A stretch of DNA of 64,000 nt, from the NCBI GenBank assembly GCA_965248445.1, contig CBDFJG010000002.1, positions 640,001-704,000 of the forward strand, given 5' to 3'. The DNA comes from Planctomycetota bacterium. Its GTDB lineage: Bacteria > Planctomycetota > JAJSAM01 > JAJVHW01. Of this stretch, positions 40,513-50,782 are shown one piece after another (positions within the stretch are counted from its first letter, which is position 1; every line of letters starts with the position of its first letter). The position numbers and the translations under genes were made by a program. The notes under the pieces were generated by a model. That model saw only the letters and a list, made by a program, of their open reading frames with translations, was not told the origin of the DNA and did no database searches.

Positions 40513-41508
40513 GTGAGATACGGATCGCAGGAGAGCAGCAGAGTGACTGACAAGAACCGGGAGGCCCTGGCACAGGCCCAGAAGCTGGTCCAGCGCGCGC
40601 GCCGCCGACTGATCGTCGGCGCGGCGGGGGACGGTTTCTTCACAGGCGTGCTCTTCGGGTGCGTGCCGGCGCTCTTGCTCGGACTCTCGTGGCTCGTGGG
40701 CTTCGGCCCGGAGCCCGGCCCGTGGTTGATGCTGTTCCCCGGCATCGGCGCGCTGTTCGGCGTGGTCGTCGCGATCGGATTGGCCCCGGACGAAGCGCAC
40801 TCCGCACTCATCCTCGACAAGGCCGCGGGCACCGGCGAAGCGCTCGTCTCCGCATTGACAGCGACGGACGCGCAGCCCGCGTTCCGCGCCCTCGCCGCCG
40901 AGGGTGGTGTCAGCGCGGTGGGGGACCAGCCGATGCGCACGCTGCTCCCGTGGCGCGCGCCGTGGACCGCGACCGCCGCCGTGCTCGCACTGCTCGCGAC
41001 GTCCGCGCTGGCGTTCCTTCCGGGCGCTGCCGAAGAGCCGCAGCCCATACCGCACACCACGCCCGCCGACGTCACCCCCGGCATCCCGAGTGACACCGGT
41101 TCCGCCGGCACGCCCGGCGACTCGACCGAGGGCGCGCTGCCGACCGACGTCGTACCGACGGCGGAGACGGACCCCGCGACGCTGCCTCCCGAGGACCTCG
41201 AGACACTGGCCCGCGAACTCGCGGCCCGCGGCTCGAAGGAAGCCGAGGCCGCTCTCAAGGCCCTCGAGCACGACGACTTCGAGACGGCGCGGGCGGCACT
41301 CCGTGAGGCTCTCGCCGCCGGTTCCGGCGTCAAGAGCGAGGACGGCACGGGCAGTCTGACCGCCTCGAGCGCCCCCGGTAGTGGCGTGGCCGGCGCATGG
41401 TCTTCGGGCCGCTGGCCGCTCCGGTACGATCGCGCCATTCGCCGCTACATGGCGGCCCAGGAAGTCCATGCCACCGTCCCGGCAGATGGTGAGAGGAACC
41501 CGCGATGA
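40513..41508 (+). CDS. Hypothetical membrane protein
   Basis: Three hydrophobic segments, a Pro/Thr linker and C-terminal WPLRYDRAIRRY. Confidence 0.65.
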   Translation: MRYGSQESSRVTDKNREALAQAQKLVQRARRRLIVGAAGDGFFTGVLFGCVPALLLGLSWLVGFGPEPGPWLMLFPGIGALFGVVVAIGLAPDEAHSALILDKAAGTGEALVSALTATDAQPAFRALAAEGGVSAVGDQPMRTLLPWRAPWTATAAVLALLATSALAFLPGAAEEPQPIPHTTPADVTPGIPSDTGSAGTPGDSTEGALPTDVVPTAETDPATLPPEDLETLARELAARGSKEAEAALKALEHDDFETARAALREALAAGSGVKSEDGTGSLTASSAPGSGVAGAWSSGRWPLRYDRAIRRYMAAQEVHATVPADGERNPR

Positions 41509-41524
41509 CCTTGAGTACCGGCAA

Positions 41525-42751
41525 GTGAGTCGCAAGCTCGGCGTATGGACCCTGGGTGCTTACGGCAACGTCGCGGCGACCGTCGTCGCCGGCGCCGCCT
41601 CGATCGCCCGCGGTCTGAACGACCCGACCGGTCTGATCACCGCGACATCTGACTTCGCGGACCTCGACCTGATCGGTCTGGGGGACCTCGTCTTCGGCGG
41701 TCACGAGATCAGGAAGGGCAGCGTCCTCGGCGCCGCCCGCGACTTCGGCAAGCGAAACGGCGTGCTCACCCCGGCGCTGATCCTCGCGGTCGAAGACGCG
41801 CTGACCGACGCCGACGCGAACGTCCGCCCGGGCGTCCTCCTCGACAGCGGCGACGAGGTCCGCCAGATGGCGAGCGAGGACGCGCGCACGCACAAGGACC
41901 CGAAGGACCTCGTAGCGCGCGTGCAGGCCGACATCCGCGAGTTCCAGGAGCGTCACGGACTCGACGACGTGATCGTCGTCAATCTCACGTCCACCGAGCC
42001 GCGCGACGAGGACGTCCCCGCCCTCCGCTCCGCCGAGTCGTTCGAGAAGGCGCTGCGCCGCGGACGTCTCGACGGCGTGCCGAGCTCGGTGCTCTACGCG
42101 TACGCCGCCGTGCAAGCTGGCTACCCCTTCATCGACTTCACGCCGTCACCCGCAGCCGGCGCGGCCCCTGTGCGCGCCGCCGCCAAGGTCAGTTGCGTTC
42201 CGCACATGGGCCGCGACGGCAAGACGGGTGAGACGCTCGTCAAGACGGTGCTCGCCCCGATGTTCATGGCCCGCAACCTGCGCGTCCTCTCCTGGGAGGG
42301 CGTCAACATGCTGGGCAACCGCGACGGCGCGGTCCTGCGCGGCAAGGGCGCACTCGCCTCCAAGATCTCCGACAAGGACGAAGCGCTGCGTCGGATTCTG
42401 GGTACTGACGACACGCACTCCCGCGTGCACATCGACTACGTCCCCTCGCTCGAGGACTGGAAGCAGGCGTACGATTTCATCCATTTCGAGGGCTTCCTCG
42501 GCGCCCGCATGCAGATGCACTTCCTGTGGCAGGGTTGCGACAGCGCCCTCGCCGCGCCCCTCGTGCTCGACCTCGTCCGCCTCACCGATTTGGCCCACCG
42601 CCGCGGCGAAACCGGCACCCTCCCGCACCTGGCGTGCTTCTTCAAGACGCCGATCGACGTAGAGGTGCAGGACTTCGCCGAGCAGGTGGGGTTGTTGCGG
42701 GAGTACGTGGGGCAGGTGAACGCGGAGCGCGTCGGGTCCGCCGCGTCGTAG
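41525..42751 (+). CDS. ino1: Myo-inositol-1-phosphate synthase
   Basis: Motifs GAYGNVA, FGGHEI, VNLTSTE, GRDGKTGETL, NMLGNRDG and DSALAAPLVLDL. Confidence 0.9.
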   Translation: MSRKLGVWTLGAYGNVAATVVAGAASIARGLNDPTGLITATSDFADLDLIGLGDLVFGGHEIRKGSVLGAARDFGKRNGVLTPALILAVEDALTDADANVRPGVLLDSGDEVRQMASEDARTHKDPKDLVARVQADIREFQERHGLDDVIVVNLTSTEPRDEDVPALRSAESFEKALRRGRLDGVPSSVLYAYAAVQAGYPFIDFTPSPAAGAAPVRAAAKVSCVPHMGRDGKTGETLVKTVLAPMFMARNLRVLSWEGVNMLGNRDGAVLRGKGALASKISDKDEALRRILGTDDTHSRVHIDYVPSLEDWKQAYDFIHFEGFLGARMQMHFLWQGCDSALAAPLVLDLVRLTDLAHRRGETGTLPHLACFFKTPIDVEVQDFAEQVGLLREYVGQVNAERVGSAAS

Positions 42752-42961
42752 CTGTCACGAGGGCGCGCCCACCCCGCGATTGTGCGGCGTCTATTCGGAC
42801 ACGTGACCGTGGCCCGCATCGCACGACAATTCCGACTTCTATCGCCACGGACGCCGGTGGCCGAGTGTGGCGAAGCGGCGGCAATGGTAGAACACGCGGC
42901 CCAATTGGCAGGATTGGCGCCACTCAAAGCCATCTACATAGAGCAGCTCGGTCACTTGGCC

Positions 42962-42974
42962 GGGGGGGGGGGGG
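42962..42974 (+). repeat. G13 homopolymer upstream of the secretin-N-like gene
   Basis: 13 consecutive G, about 100 bp before the start codon. Confidence 0.8.
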
Positions 42975-43076
42975 CGGGAGTCTGTGTGTCGTGCGTCGGG
43001 GTGCCTGCCCGCTCGACGCCGTTCGATGGCGCCGTAGACTCCACCGAGGAAGCTCGCGGATGCACTGGGGGTGGGC

Positions 43077-45184
43077 ATGGTCGGGAAGACACGCAGTTCA
43101 AAGAGGCTCGTTCGTTCGCTCGTGATCGGAGGAGCGATCGGCGCGCTCGCACTGACACCCGGCCTGGGCCGGTCGGAGGACGAGAAGCCCGGCGCTGCGC
43201 GCGTCGAGCGAGAGGCGCCGGAGTCGGCTGCGGATGCCGCGGTGCGCACGCAGCTGCAGGTTCCGGCCGCGAACGACGTCGGGCGGAGTGTCTCGCTGGG
43301 CGTGCTGGTGAGCGCGTACGAGAGGGCACTCGGCGTGAGGATGACGGTCACCGACGCCGCGCATGAAGCGGCGGGCGAGCGCGACGTGCCGATGCCGACG
43401 GCGGCGGGGCTGACGGCGGAGCAGCACCTGGACTTCGCGCTGTGGCAGCTCGACCTGCACCTGGCTGTTCGCGACGGCGGTGTCGCGATCGGCACGCCCT
43501 CCGAGGTGTTGGGTGCCGTCGACCGGCGGATCTACGACATCCGTCCGGTCCAGGAGGCGCTCGCCGCGCACTGGAACGGGTCGGGGGACGAGGGCTCCGA
43601 GCGGCGCGGGCACATACCCGTGCTCGGAGCCGAGGACATGATCACGCTGATCCAGATGGCGGTCGGCCCGCAAGACGTGTGGATGGGGGAGTCGGTCAGC
43701 ATCTCCTCCGTTGACGGAGGGCTCGCCGTGGTCCAAACCACGGAGGTGCATGCGGGCATCGAGGCCTTCCTGGCGCGTCTCGCGACCTACTTCGATCCGG
43801 TAGTGGAGGAGGCGACTCCGGCGGATCAGCGCCTGCAGGCGGCGCTCGCCCGCCGCGTCTCGGTTCGCGCGGAGGGAACGCCGCTCCGCGACGTAGCGCT
43901 CCGGCTCGAGGAGGCGATGGGTGCGCCGGTGATGGCCGCTGCCGATTGCGCGGACGCACCGATCACGCTGGATCTCGTCGACATCCCCGCGCAGCAGGCG
44001 GCCACCTGGCTCGCGCGGTCCGCGCGGGTGTACCTGTCCACGCAGGACGGCGTGCTGCTGTTCTCCCAGCAGCCACGGAACGAGACCCGACTGTACGGCG
44101 TGGGCGCGGCGATCGCGCCGCCCCCCGGTCGCGTCCTTCTCGACCACGTCGTCGAGCTCGTGACGTTCCTCGAGCCGCGGACCTGGGAGGAGTTCGGATC
44201 GGTCGAGGCGTTCGCGCCGGACACGCTCCTTGTCCGGAACACACAGTTCGTCCATGCGAAGATCACGCGTCTGATCGGCGCGCTGGAGCGGTTCGCGGAA
44301 CCGTCGTCCGCGACGTCAGCGGTGTCCGTCGTCGTCGAAGTGCCGGAGACCGCCGCGGACACCGCGGTTCACGCACGACTGGACGAGGCGGCGGCGACCG
44401 GTTTCGTCGGCGACTTCACTCTGGCGACACTTCCACGGGTGATCCGCGATACGTACGGCATCAGCGTCCTGATCGGGAAGCCGGGGAGCACGCAGGAGCA
44501 CGCGACCGTGTCCGTCCCGGATGCCGAGGGACTCACCGTGCGGCAGCAGCTGTCGCGTGCTCTGGCTCCTGCGGGTCTCGGCATCGGTGTGCAGGACGGC
44601 GTGCTTCGCATCGGCAAGTCGCACGCGCCGGTCGGTGCCATCGAGCGCCGCTACTACGACTTGCGGCCCGTCGTCCAGGCGTTCGCGGCGCGCGCACGCG
44701 ATGCGTCATCGGGGGGCTCCACTGCGAGTGAGCCCGTGTCCCGTCGCGCGTCGGTCTCGGAGGAGGACATCGTCGCCCTGGTCTACAAGTGCGTCGGACC
44801 GAAGGACATCTGGACCTCGGCCGGTGTCAGCCTTGCGTTTGGCCGCGAGTTGCTCGTGGCCGTGCAGACTCGTGACGTCCACGAACGCACGCATCACATG
44901 CTGGAGCGCCTTCTCGACTACCAGGACAGCGATGCCGGGGTGCTCGCCGACCCGGAGGGCTCGGTGTGGTTCTACGACGTCGCGACGTCGGGGATGTGCT
45001 GGAGGCGGCCGGCGAAGCTCTCTCGGGAGAGGATCTGCTCGACCGCGTACGCGCGATCGAGCCCGGCGCGTGGGAGAACTCGGGGTGGGTCGAGGTCGTC
45101 GCGCCGGATCTCCTGGTCGTGAGCAACGCGTCGGAAGTGCAGACGCGGGTCGCGGAGCTGCTGTCGCAGCTGACGAACGAGTAG
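43077..45184 (+). pseudogene. Exported protein with repeated secretin N-domain-like modules, 3' frameshift by an 8-bp duplication
   Basis: Repeated R.YD.R...W...L.V.QT..VH modules; CGACGTCG is doubled at 44975-44990. Confidence 0.7.
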
Positions 45185-45269
45185 CGCGCCATACCGAGAC
45201 CGGTGTCATCTGCCAACCGGTGTCGTGAGCGGGGCGATGGGACTCAGTCGTTGAGCGCGGGACGACTAG

Positions 45270-46938
45270 CCGCATCTGTTCACGAGACGTCGCGATGACG
45301 GTGCTTTCGGAGTCCACAGGGTCAGATCTTGGCCAGGCGAGGGCGGATGCTGTCGTCGTTGCCACAAGGGCAACGCGAGTGAGCGGCCGAAACGGCGCGG
45401 ATTCTGCGGTGTGGGCAGACCGTAGGCCGGGCGGTGGTGTGGCGGACGGCGCGGCGGGACGTCAGGTCGGCTTCGGGGATGCCAGCAGTCGTTGCGCGCA
45501 GCGCTCGAAGACGTGCTGCCAGGGCCACGACGAGGACATCGAGACCCAGATCCGGCGCGTCGTGATCCGCACGAGCGCGCCGATCTTGAGCAGCCGCAGG
45601 CGGATCGTGCCGGCTTGCGCACGCGCCATCTCGGTGCCGGCGAGACCGATGCGTCGCAGCGCACAGGTCAGGACGTAGGCCATGGCCGACATGGCCATCC
45701 GCACGGCGTTGCCCTGCATCGTGTGCACCGACAGACGGGTGCCGAAGAGCTCGAGCTGCTGCTCCTTGATGCGATTCTCCGCCTCGCCCCGGGCGCAGTA
45801 GAGCTGCTCGTAGAGACGCTTGCTGCTCCAGCTACGAGGCGGCAGATTGGTCACCACGAAGCGGGGATTGCGCTTGCCGCCCGGCAGGTGCTCGGCCTTG
45901 GCGACCACGCGACGCCTCTGGCTCCAGCTCCCCAGCGTGGTCCAGGCAAAGTCGCGAAAGACCCGGGCTGCTCGGCCGGTCTGCACGGCACGGGCTGCGG
46001 CCTCATCGAGCGCGTCTTCGACGTGTCGCTCAAGGCGCTCATTGCGCGCCATGCCCAGCAGGTAGAAGTGGCCGGCGGCCTCGCACCAGGCCATCAGCTC
46101 CTCGCGGCAAAAGCCCGAGTCTGCGCGCACGAGCACCTTGGCCCGGGGCCAGCGGCGCCGCAGACGTAAGACCAGCGCACGGAGCTCGTCCACGACTCCG
46201 CGCGCGGGATCTCTGTCAGCGGTCTGGAGCCGAGCGAGCAAGAGGTGCTCGCCGCAGAAGACGTACAGCGGCAGGTAGCAGTAGTGCCCGTAGTAGCCGT
46301 GGAAGAAGCGGCCCTCCTGCCGGCCGTGCAGCCGCACGTCGGAGTGGTCCAGGTCCAGCACGAGCAGGCCCGGATCCTCCGGCCCCATGGCCTCGCAGAA
46401 GACGTCGCTGAGCACGCTGTCCACGCGCTCCTGGTCCATCTCGATCTTGGCGTAGCGCGTCTGTGCCGTGGCGCCGAGCTGCGTGGTCTCGAGCCGCGAG
46501 AGCGTCGGGTGCGTGGCCAGAGCACCCTCGCGCTTGCCGCACGCCGCGGCAAACAGCGGGTCCTTGCCGACATGGTCGTGGTCCACCAGATCCTCGTAGC
46601 CCGCGCACAGCCCGAAGACCCGCTGACGCAGCATCTGGCCGACCGTGTGCTCGACCCGACGCGGGTCCCGGTGGTCCCCGAAGCAGCGCGCAAACCGCGA
46701 GAGCAGATCGATGCGACGATCGACCCGCTCGAGCAGCAGCACGCCCCCGTCGCTCGTCAGGGTACCGGCGTCGAAGCGCGTCACCGCGGTGCGTCCACAG
46801 ATGCCCGCGAAGAGGGTCCCCTGCGGGCTACAGTCTGTCGTCATCGGGCCGGCGCTCCTGTCGGTGCAAGTACTGGCGCGTACGAGCACTTAGACAGACG
46901 ACGGCCCGCTCAGATTCCCGGCTGGTGAACGATTCGGG
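45270..46938 (-). mobile_element. IS1380 family element, copy A
   Basis: 1669 bp, imperfect TIRs CCCGAATCGTTCAC / CCGCATCTGTTCAC, flanked by CTAG at 45266-45269 and 46939-46942. Confidence 0.93.
45462..46889 (-). CDS. IS1380 transposase
   Basis: Motifs TSDGG, GYED..D, LDLD, HGRQEG.FFHGYY, RADSGF and YCARGEAENRIKE. Confidence 0.95.
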   Translation of the reverse strand: MLVRASTCTDRSAGPMTTDCSPQGTLFAGICGRTAVTRFDAGTLTSDGGVLLLERVDRRIDLLSRFARCFGDHRDPRRVEHTVGQMLRQRVFGLCAGYEDLVDHDHVGKDPLFAAACGKREGALATHPTLSRLETTQLGATAQTRYAKIEMDQERVDSVLSDVFCEAMGPEDPGLLVLDLDHSDVRLHGRQEGRFFHGYYGHYCYLPLYVFCGEHLLLARLQTADRDPARGVVDELRALVLRLRRRWPRAKVLVRADSGFCREELMAWCEAAGHFYLLGMARNERLERHVEDALDEAAARAVQTGRAARVFRDFAWTTLGSWSQRRRVVAKAEHLPGGKRNPRFVVTNLPPRSWSSKRLYEQLYCARGEAENRIKEQQLELFGTRLSVHTMQGNAVRMAMSAMAYVLTCALRRIGLAGTEMARAQAGTIRLRLLKIGALVRITTRRIWVSMSSSWPWQHVFERCAQRLLASPKPT

Positions 46939-47152
46939 CTAGGAGCCGGACCAGCACCGACACCAGCAGCAGAGCCTGCCAGCCTGTCATGGCCCGTCCT
47001 GGATTACTGACGATTCGAGCCCCGGCGAAGTACGCTCACCGCTGCGGGCCCGGTATGTGCCGGGCCCGCCCTGGTTGGGTGACCGAGGCGCCGCAGAGGT
47101 GACCGAGGCCCCCGCAGGGATCGCTGAATGGGCGGATTCTCCCGGGGGCGCT

Positions 47153-48670
47153 TTGACGGCTTCGCGACGCAGCAAGAAGACGAGCTCGGCCTCCCGGCGG
47201 AAGACCACGCGCGGCAGCACCGCCAAGAAGGCCGCCAAGAAGCGGGCCCCTGCAAAGACCGCCAAGAGGTCCTCCAAGAAGTCCGCCGCCAAGAAGTCGG
47301 CCAAGCGATCCGCCAAGAAGACCACCACGCGCACGTCGACGAAGCGTACCGCCCCAGCGAAGAGGACCGCGAAGGGGTCGAAGAGAACGCCGAAGAAGAC
47401 CGCAAAGAACCCGACGAAGCGAACGACGAAGAGAGCCCCCCCGAAGAAGAAGACGACGGCGCGGAAGACCGCGCGGAAGACGACGTCCCGCAAGACTTCG
47501 AGCAAGACTCCCCCGAGGAAGTCGCCGAGGAAGTCGACGAAGAAGGCCCAGAAGAAATCGTTGCAGAAGAAGTCGGGCCAGAAGAAGTCGGTGCAGAGGC
47601 GTTCAACCGCTAAGAAGCCCGCCGCGAAAAAGTCGGCGAGCAAGAAGTCGGCTAAGAAGCCGGCAAAGAAGAGCGCGCCAGGGCGCGCATCCAAGCGACC
47701 GGCGAAGTCGGCTGCGGCAACGAAGTCCTCCCGCAAGAAGGGACGGATTCCGATCAAGCCCCAGCCCAAGAAGACGTCCGGGAGCAAGGTCTTGTCAGGT
47801 AAGTCCAAGGCGAAGTCCGAAACCAAGGGCAAGAAGCGCCGAGAGCGCAAGCCCAAGCCGCCGGCGAAGACGATGCAGGCGCCCGAGCCCGTCCGCGACA
47901 TCCTCGTACTGTCGGCCATGCCGGACGTACGCCGGGCCGTGGGCGCGAGGGAGCGCCGCCGCTCGGCTCGCGGACACATGAAGCCCGACACGTCCGCGCC
48001 GGAAGTCGAGAGCGACGAGTCGCGTGAGCCGATCGACGCATCGCTGATCATGCAGACGCTGGCGGTAGACGTCGCGCCGAAGATCGAGGACAACTACGAC
48101 TACTCGGTGCTCGACGAGTTCCAGCAGTCCAAGCACTGCCCGAACGCGACGCGCATGGTGAACACCGGCTGCGGCGGCGGTGAGGCGGCCGTCTACTTCG
48201 CGAAGATCGGGTTCCAGTGCGTCGGCATCGATCCGGATCGCAGCGAAGTCGGGCTCGCGCGCGAGCGCGCCTGGCTCGCCAGCACCGACATCGACTTCAT
48301 GGTGGGGGACCTCTTCGAGACCCCGAACCTGCTCCCCGCGGGCTCGTTCGGACTCGCCGTCGACCGCGGCGCGTTCAGCAAGATCGAAGAGGATCGCGAC
48401 CGCCAGCGCTACCTGTCCAACATCCGCCGCCTCCTCTTCGAGGGAGGCGTCCTGTTCCTCTCGGCCGGCTACTTCCCGCTTACGGGCAGCGCCGGCCCGA
48501 AGAAGAAGACGAAGAGCCGCCGCGCTGCGTCGCAGATCCTGCTAGCGCGTGAGGGCGGCGTCGTCGTAGGGGAACTGCGTAAGGCGGGCTTCACCCTCCT
48601 GCACCGCGTCCTGCGGCAGACAGCCGACTCCGGCGACCTCGGCGAATTGCTGCTGACGCTGCGCAAGTAG
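47153..48670 (+). CDS. Histone-H1-like Lys-rich domain fused to a class I SAM-dependent methyltransferase
   Basis: About 240 aa of AKK/KKT/PAKK repeats, then NTGCGGG, GIDPD, GDLF and FGLAVDRGAF. TTG start assumed. Confidence 0.8.
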   Translation: MTASRRSKKTSSASRRKTTRGSTAKKAAKKRAPAKTAKRSSKKSAAKKSAKRSAKKTTTRTSTKRTAPAKRTAKGSKRTPKKTAKNPTKRTTKRAPPKKKTTARKTARKTTSRKTSSKTPPRKSPRKSTKKAQKKSLQKKSGQKKSVQRRSTAKKPAAKKSASKKSAKKPAKKSAPGRASKRPAKSAAATKSSRKKGRIPIKPQPKKTSGSKVLSGKSKAKSETKGKKRRERKPKPPAKTMQAPEPVRDILVLSAMPDVRRAVGARERRRSARGHMKPDTSAPEVESDESREPIDASLIMQTLAVDVAPKIEDNYDYSVLDEFQQSKHCPNATRMVNTGCGGGEAAVYFAKIGFQCVGIDPDRSEVGLARERAWLASTDIDFMVGDLFETPNLLPAGSFGLAVDRGAFSKIEEDRDRQRYLSNIRRLLFEGGVLFLSAGYFPLTGSAGPKKKTKSRRAASQILLAREGGVVVGELRKAGFTLLHRVLRQTADSGDLGELLLTLRK

Positions 48671-48681
48671 GCGGCGCGCCG

Positions 48682-49551
48682 TTGCGCGCGACCCGCCGCA
48701 TCGAGATCCTGCTGGGGGGCGGCTTCTGGACCGTCGTGGCCGTCACCGCGCTGGTCCGTGGGGCCGCGGACGCCATGCTCCCGTACGCCGCAGCCGCCGT
48801 GCTCGGTGCGCTCGTCTGGACACTCGTACTGCGCCGTAGCGCTGCGGCGACAACCGTCCTCGACTGGCTCCCGTTCCCGTTCGTCGTTCTGACGTACGAG
48901 ATGCTGCACGCGGTGGTGCCGCGCTGCTGGCAGGGGACGATCGACGCCACGCTGCGCGCCGCCGATCAGTCGATCCTGGGCGCGGATCTGACGAGCCTGC
49001 TGGGGTCGTGGCCCGACGCCGGCGGCGCTGCGTTCTTCTCCGCCTGCTACGCGACGTACTACGTGCTTCCGCTGTCGCTGGCGGTCTGGTGGTGGCGCCG
49101 AAATCGCACGGCGTTCCGGGAGCTCATGGCCGGTGTGGTGGGCGGTCTGTTCATCGGATATCTGGGATACCTGTTCCTCCCGGCGGTGGGGCCGCAGGCG
49201 CACCTCGCTGTCGAGGACGGGGGTGGCCTGCTCGCCGGTGACTTCGTCGGCACGGCGATTCGAAGCCTCAACTCATCACACGCAGGCGCCTTCCCGCGCG
49301 ATGCGTTCCCCAGTCTGCACACGTGCAACGCGGTGACCGCCGTGCTAGTCACGATCCGCCACGAACGGCGCGCCCTCTGGTACGCGGGGGCGCTGGCGGC
49401 GGGGATCGTGGCCGCGACGATTGTCCTGCGATGGCACTGGATGGTGGACGTCCTGGCCGGTGCGGCGCTCGCGGTCGCGTGGCAGGCCGTCGTCCCTCGG
49501 TTCGTGGCGTGCGAGAGCGCCGCGTACACTTCGGATCGGAAACGACCATGA
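48682..49551 (+). CDS. PAP2 superfamily (Aur1/IPC-synthase-like) membrane protein
   Basis: Multi-TM; GYLFLPAVGP, AFPSLH and RWHWMVDVLAG. Confidence 0.85.
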   Translation: MRATRRIEILLGGGFWTVVAVTALVRGAADAMLPYAAAAVLGALVWTLVLRRSAAATTVLDWLPFPFVVLTYEMLHAVVPRCWQGTIDATLRAADQSILGADLTSLLGSWPDAGGAAFFSACYATYYVLPLSLAVWWWRRNRTAFRELMAGVVGGLFIGYLGYLFLPAVGPQAHLAVEDGGGLLAGDFVGTAIRSLNSSHAGAFPRDAFPSLHTCNAVTAVLVTIRHERRALWYAGALAAGIVAATIVLRWHWMVDVLAGAALAVAWQAVVPRFVACESAAYTSDRKRP

Positions 49552-50774
49552 CTCCAGACGACCTCGCCGGATCACTCGCGTCCCCGCAGATCGTGCGGCT
49601 GGAGCGGCTCAGCGCTGGCGTGCCGGGCACGCTGGCGGTTGCACTCACACACGGCGGTCCCACAGGCGCTCTCTCCGACTGCATCGCGCTGCTCGCCCTC
49701 GACGCGTTGCCGTCGACCAACGGTCCCGTGGTCGCGGCCGCCGACGCAGCGCTGGCTGCCTCGCTCGCGGCCGTCTGTTCCGCGCGCGGCCGGCGCGCGA
49801 TCGTCGTCGTCGACGGCGATCTGCCCATCGTGGACCGGAATCGAATCGCTGCGTTCGGCGGCGACGTCCGGCCGTGTCCTGCAGGCACGGCAGACGACGA
49901 CGTTCGCTCGCCGCTCACCGTCGCGCGCAGGATCGCGGAATCCACCGATCGTGCCACGCTGGTGGAGTGGGACGCCCTCGATGCGGCGCCGTTCATGTCC
50001 GCTCTGCAGGCCGCCGCGGGCGCCACGTCGCTCACGGTGCTCGTCCCACCCGGCGGCGAGGTGCTCGCCGCCGCACTGCGGCGCACGCACCAGGGCACGG
50101 TTCTGCTCGCCACCACCGACCGTGGCGGAGACGCCGAAACACAGCGGGTCGAGGATCGCGACGCCGCACAGGCCGCACGGCGGGCCGCCGCCGAGGAAGG
50201 CCTGCTCACCGGCATGGCGGGTGGGACGGCTCTGGCGGCAGCACTGCGGCGGGCCGATCGAGCCGGCGACGCCGGACCGGCCGAGACGGTGATCGCGCTG
50301 CTCACCGGACGCGGGGAGCGCGCCTTGACCACGGTGTTCGACGACGACTGGATGCGCCGCCATCACCTGCTGCCGGAGCGATCCGCGCTGACCGCCGGCG
50401 CCATCGTTGCACGCAAGGGCGGCGCACCGCGCGAGGTCGTCGTGCTGGCACCGGACGCGAGAGTGAGCGACGCCGTGCGGATCATGCAGGAACTCGAGAT
50501 CTCACAGATCCCGATCGTGGACGAGGGCGCGGTGGTGGGCACGGTGCGCGAGGACCAGGTGATCGACCTCCTGCTGCACGCCCCGGACAGCAAGGACGGT
50601 CCGGTCTCCGCGGTGATGGACGACCCGCTGCCGGAAGTAGACGGCGCCGCCTCCGTCGAGGCCGTCCAGGAGCTGCTGGTGTCCGGGCACACGGCAGTTC
50701 TCGTTCGCCTGGACGGCGGTGGCCGCGACATCGTCACGAAGTACGACCTGATTCACGGATTGACGCGTTCCTAG
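49548..50774 (+). CDS. Cystathionine beta-synthase homologue with degenerate PLP site and intact CBS pair
   Basis: Collinear with CBS (EEGLLTG, VFDDDWMR, ISQIPIV, IVTKYDL), but the catalytic motifs are replaced. ATGA overlap with the PAP2 gene. Confidence 0.8.
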   Translation: MTPDDLAGSLASPQIVRLERLSAGVPGTLAVALTHGGPTGALSDCIALLALDALPSTNGPVVAAADAALAASLAAVCSARGRRAIVVVDGDLPIVDRNRIAAFGGDVRPCPAGTADDDVRSPLTVARRIAESTDRATLVEWDALDAAPFMSALQAAAGATSLTVLVPPGGEVLAAALRRTHQGTVLLATTDRGGDAETQRVEDRDAAQAARRAAAEEGLLTGMAGGTALAAALRRADRAGDAGPAETVIALLTGRGERALTTVFDDDWMRRHHLLPERSALTAGAIVARKGGAPREVVVLAPDARVSDAVRIMQELEISQIPIVDEGAVVGTVREDQVIDLLLHAPDSKDGPVSAVMDDPLPEVDGAASVEAVQELLVSGHTAVLVRLDGGGRDIVTKYDLIHGLTRS

Positions 50775-50782
50775 GAGCCACC

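Noticed and set aside
45248..45256. 9-bp inverted match (TCGTTGAGC / GCTCAACGA at 56477) outside the two IS1380 copies
   Set aside because: The offsets from the IS ends differ and the match is short enough to be chance.
46987..48093. Phe-rich 368-aa minus-strand 'membrane protein'
   Set aside because: It is the antisense reading of the AAG-rich lysine repeats of the H1-like gene.
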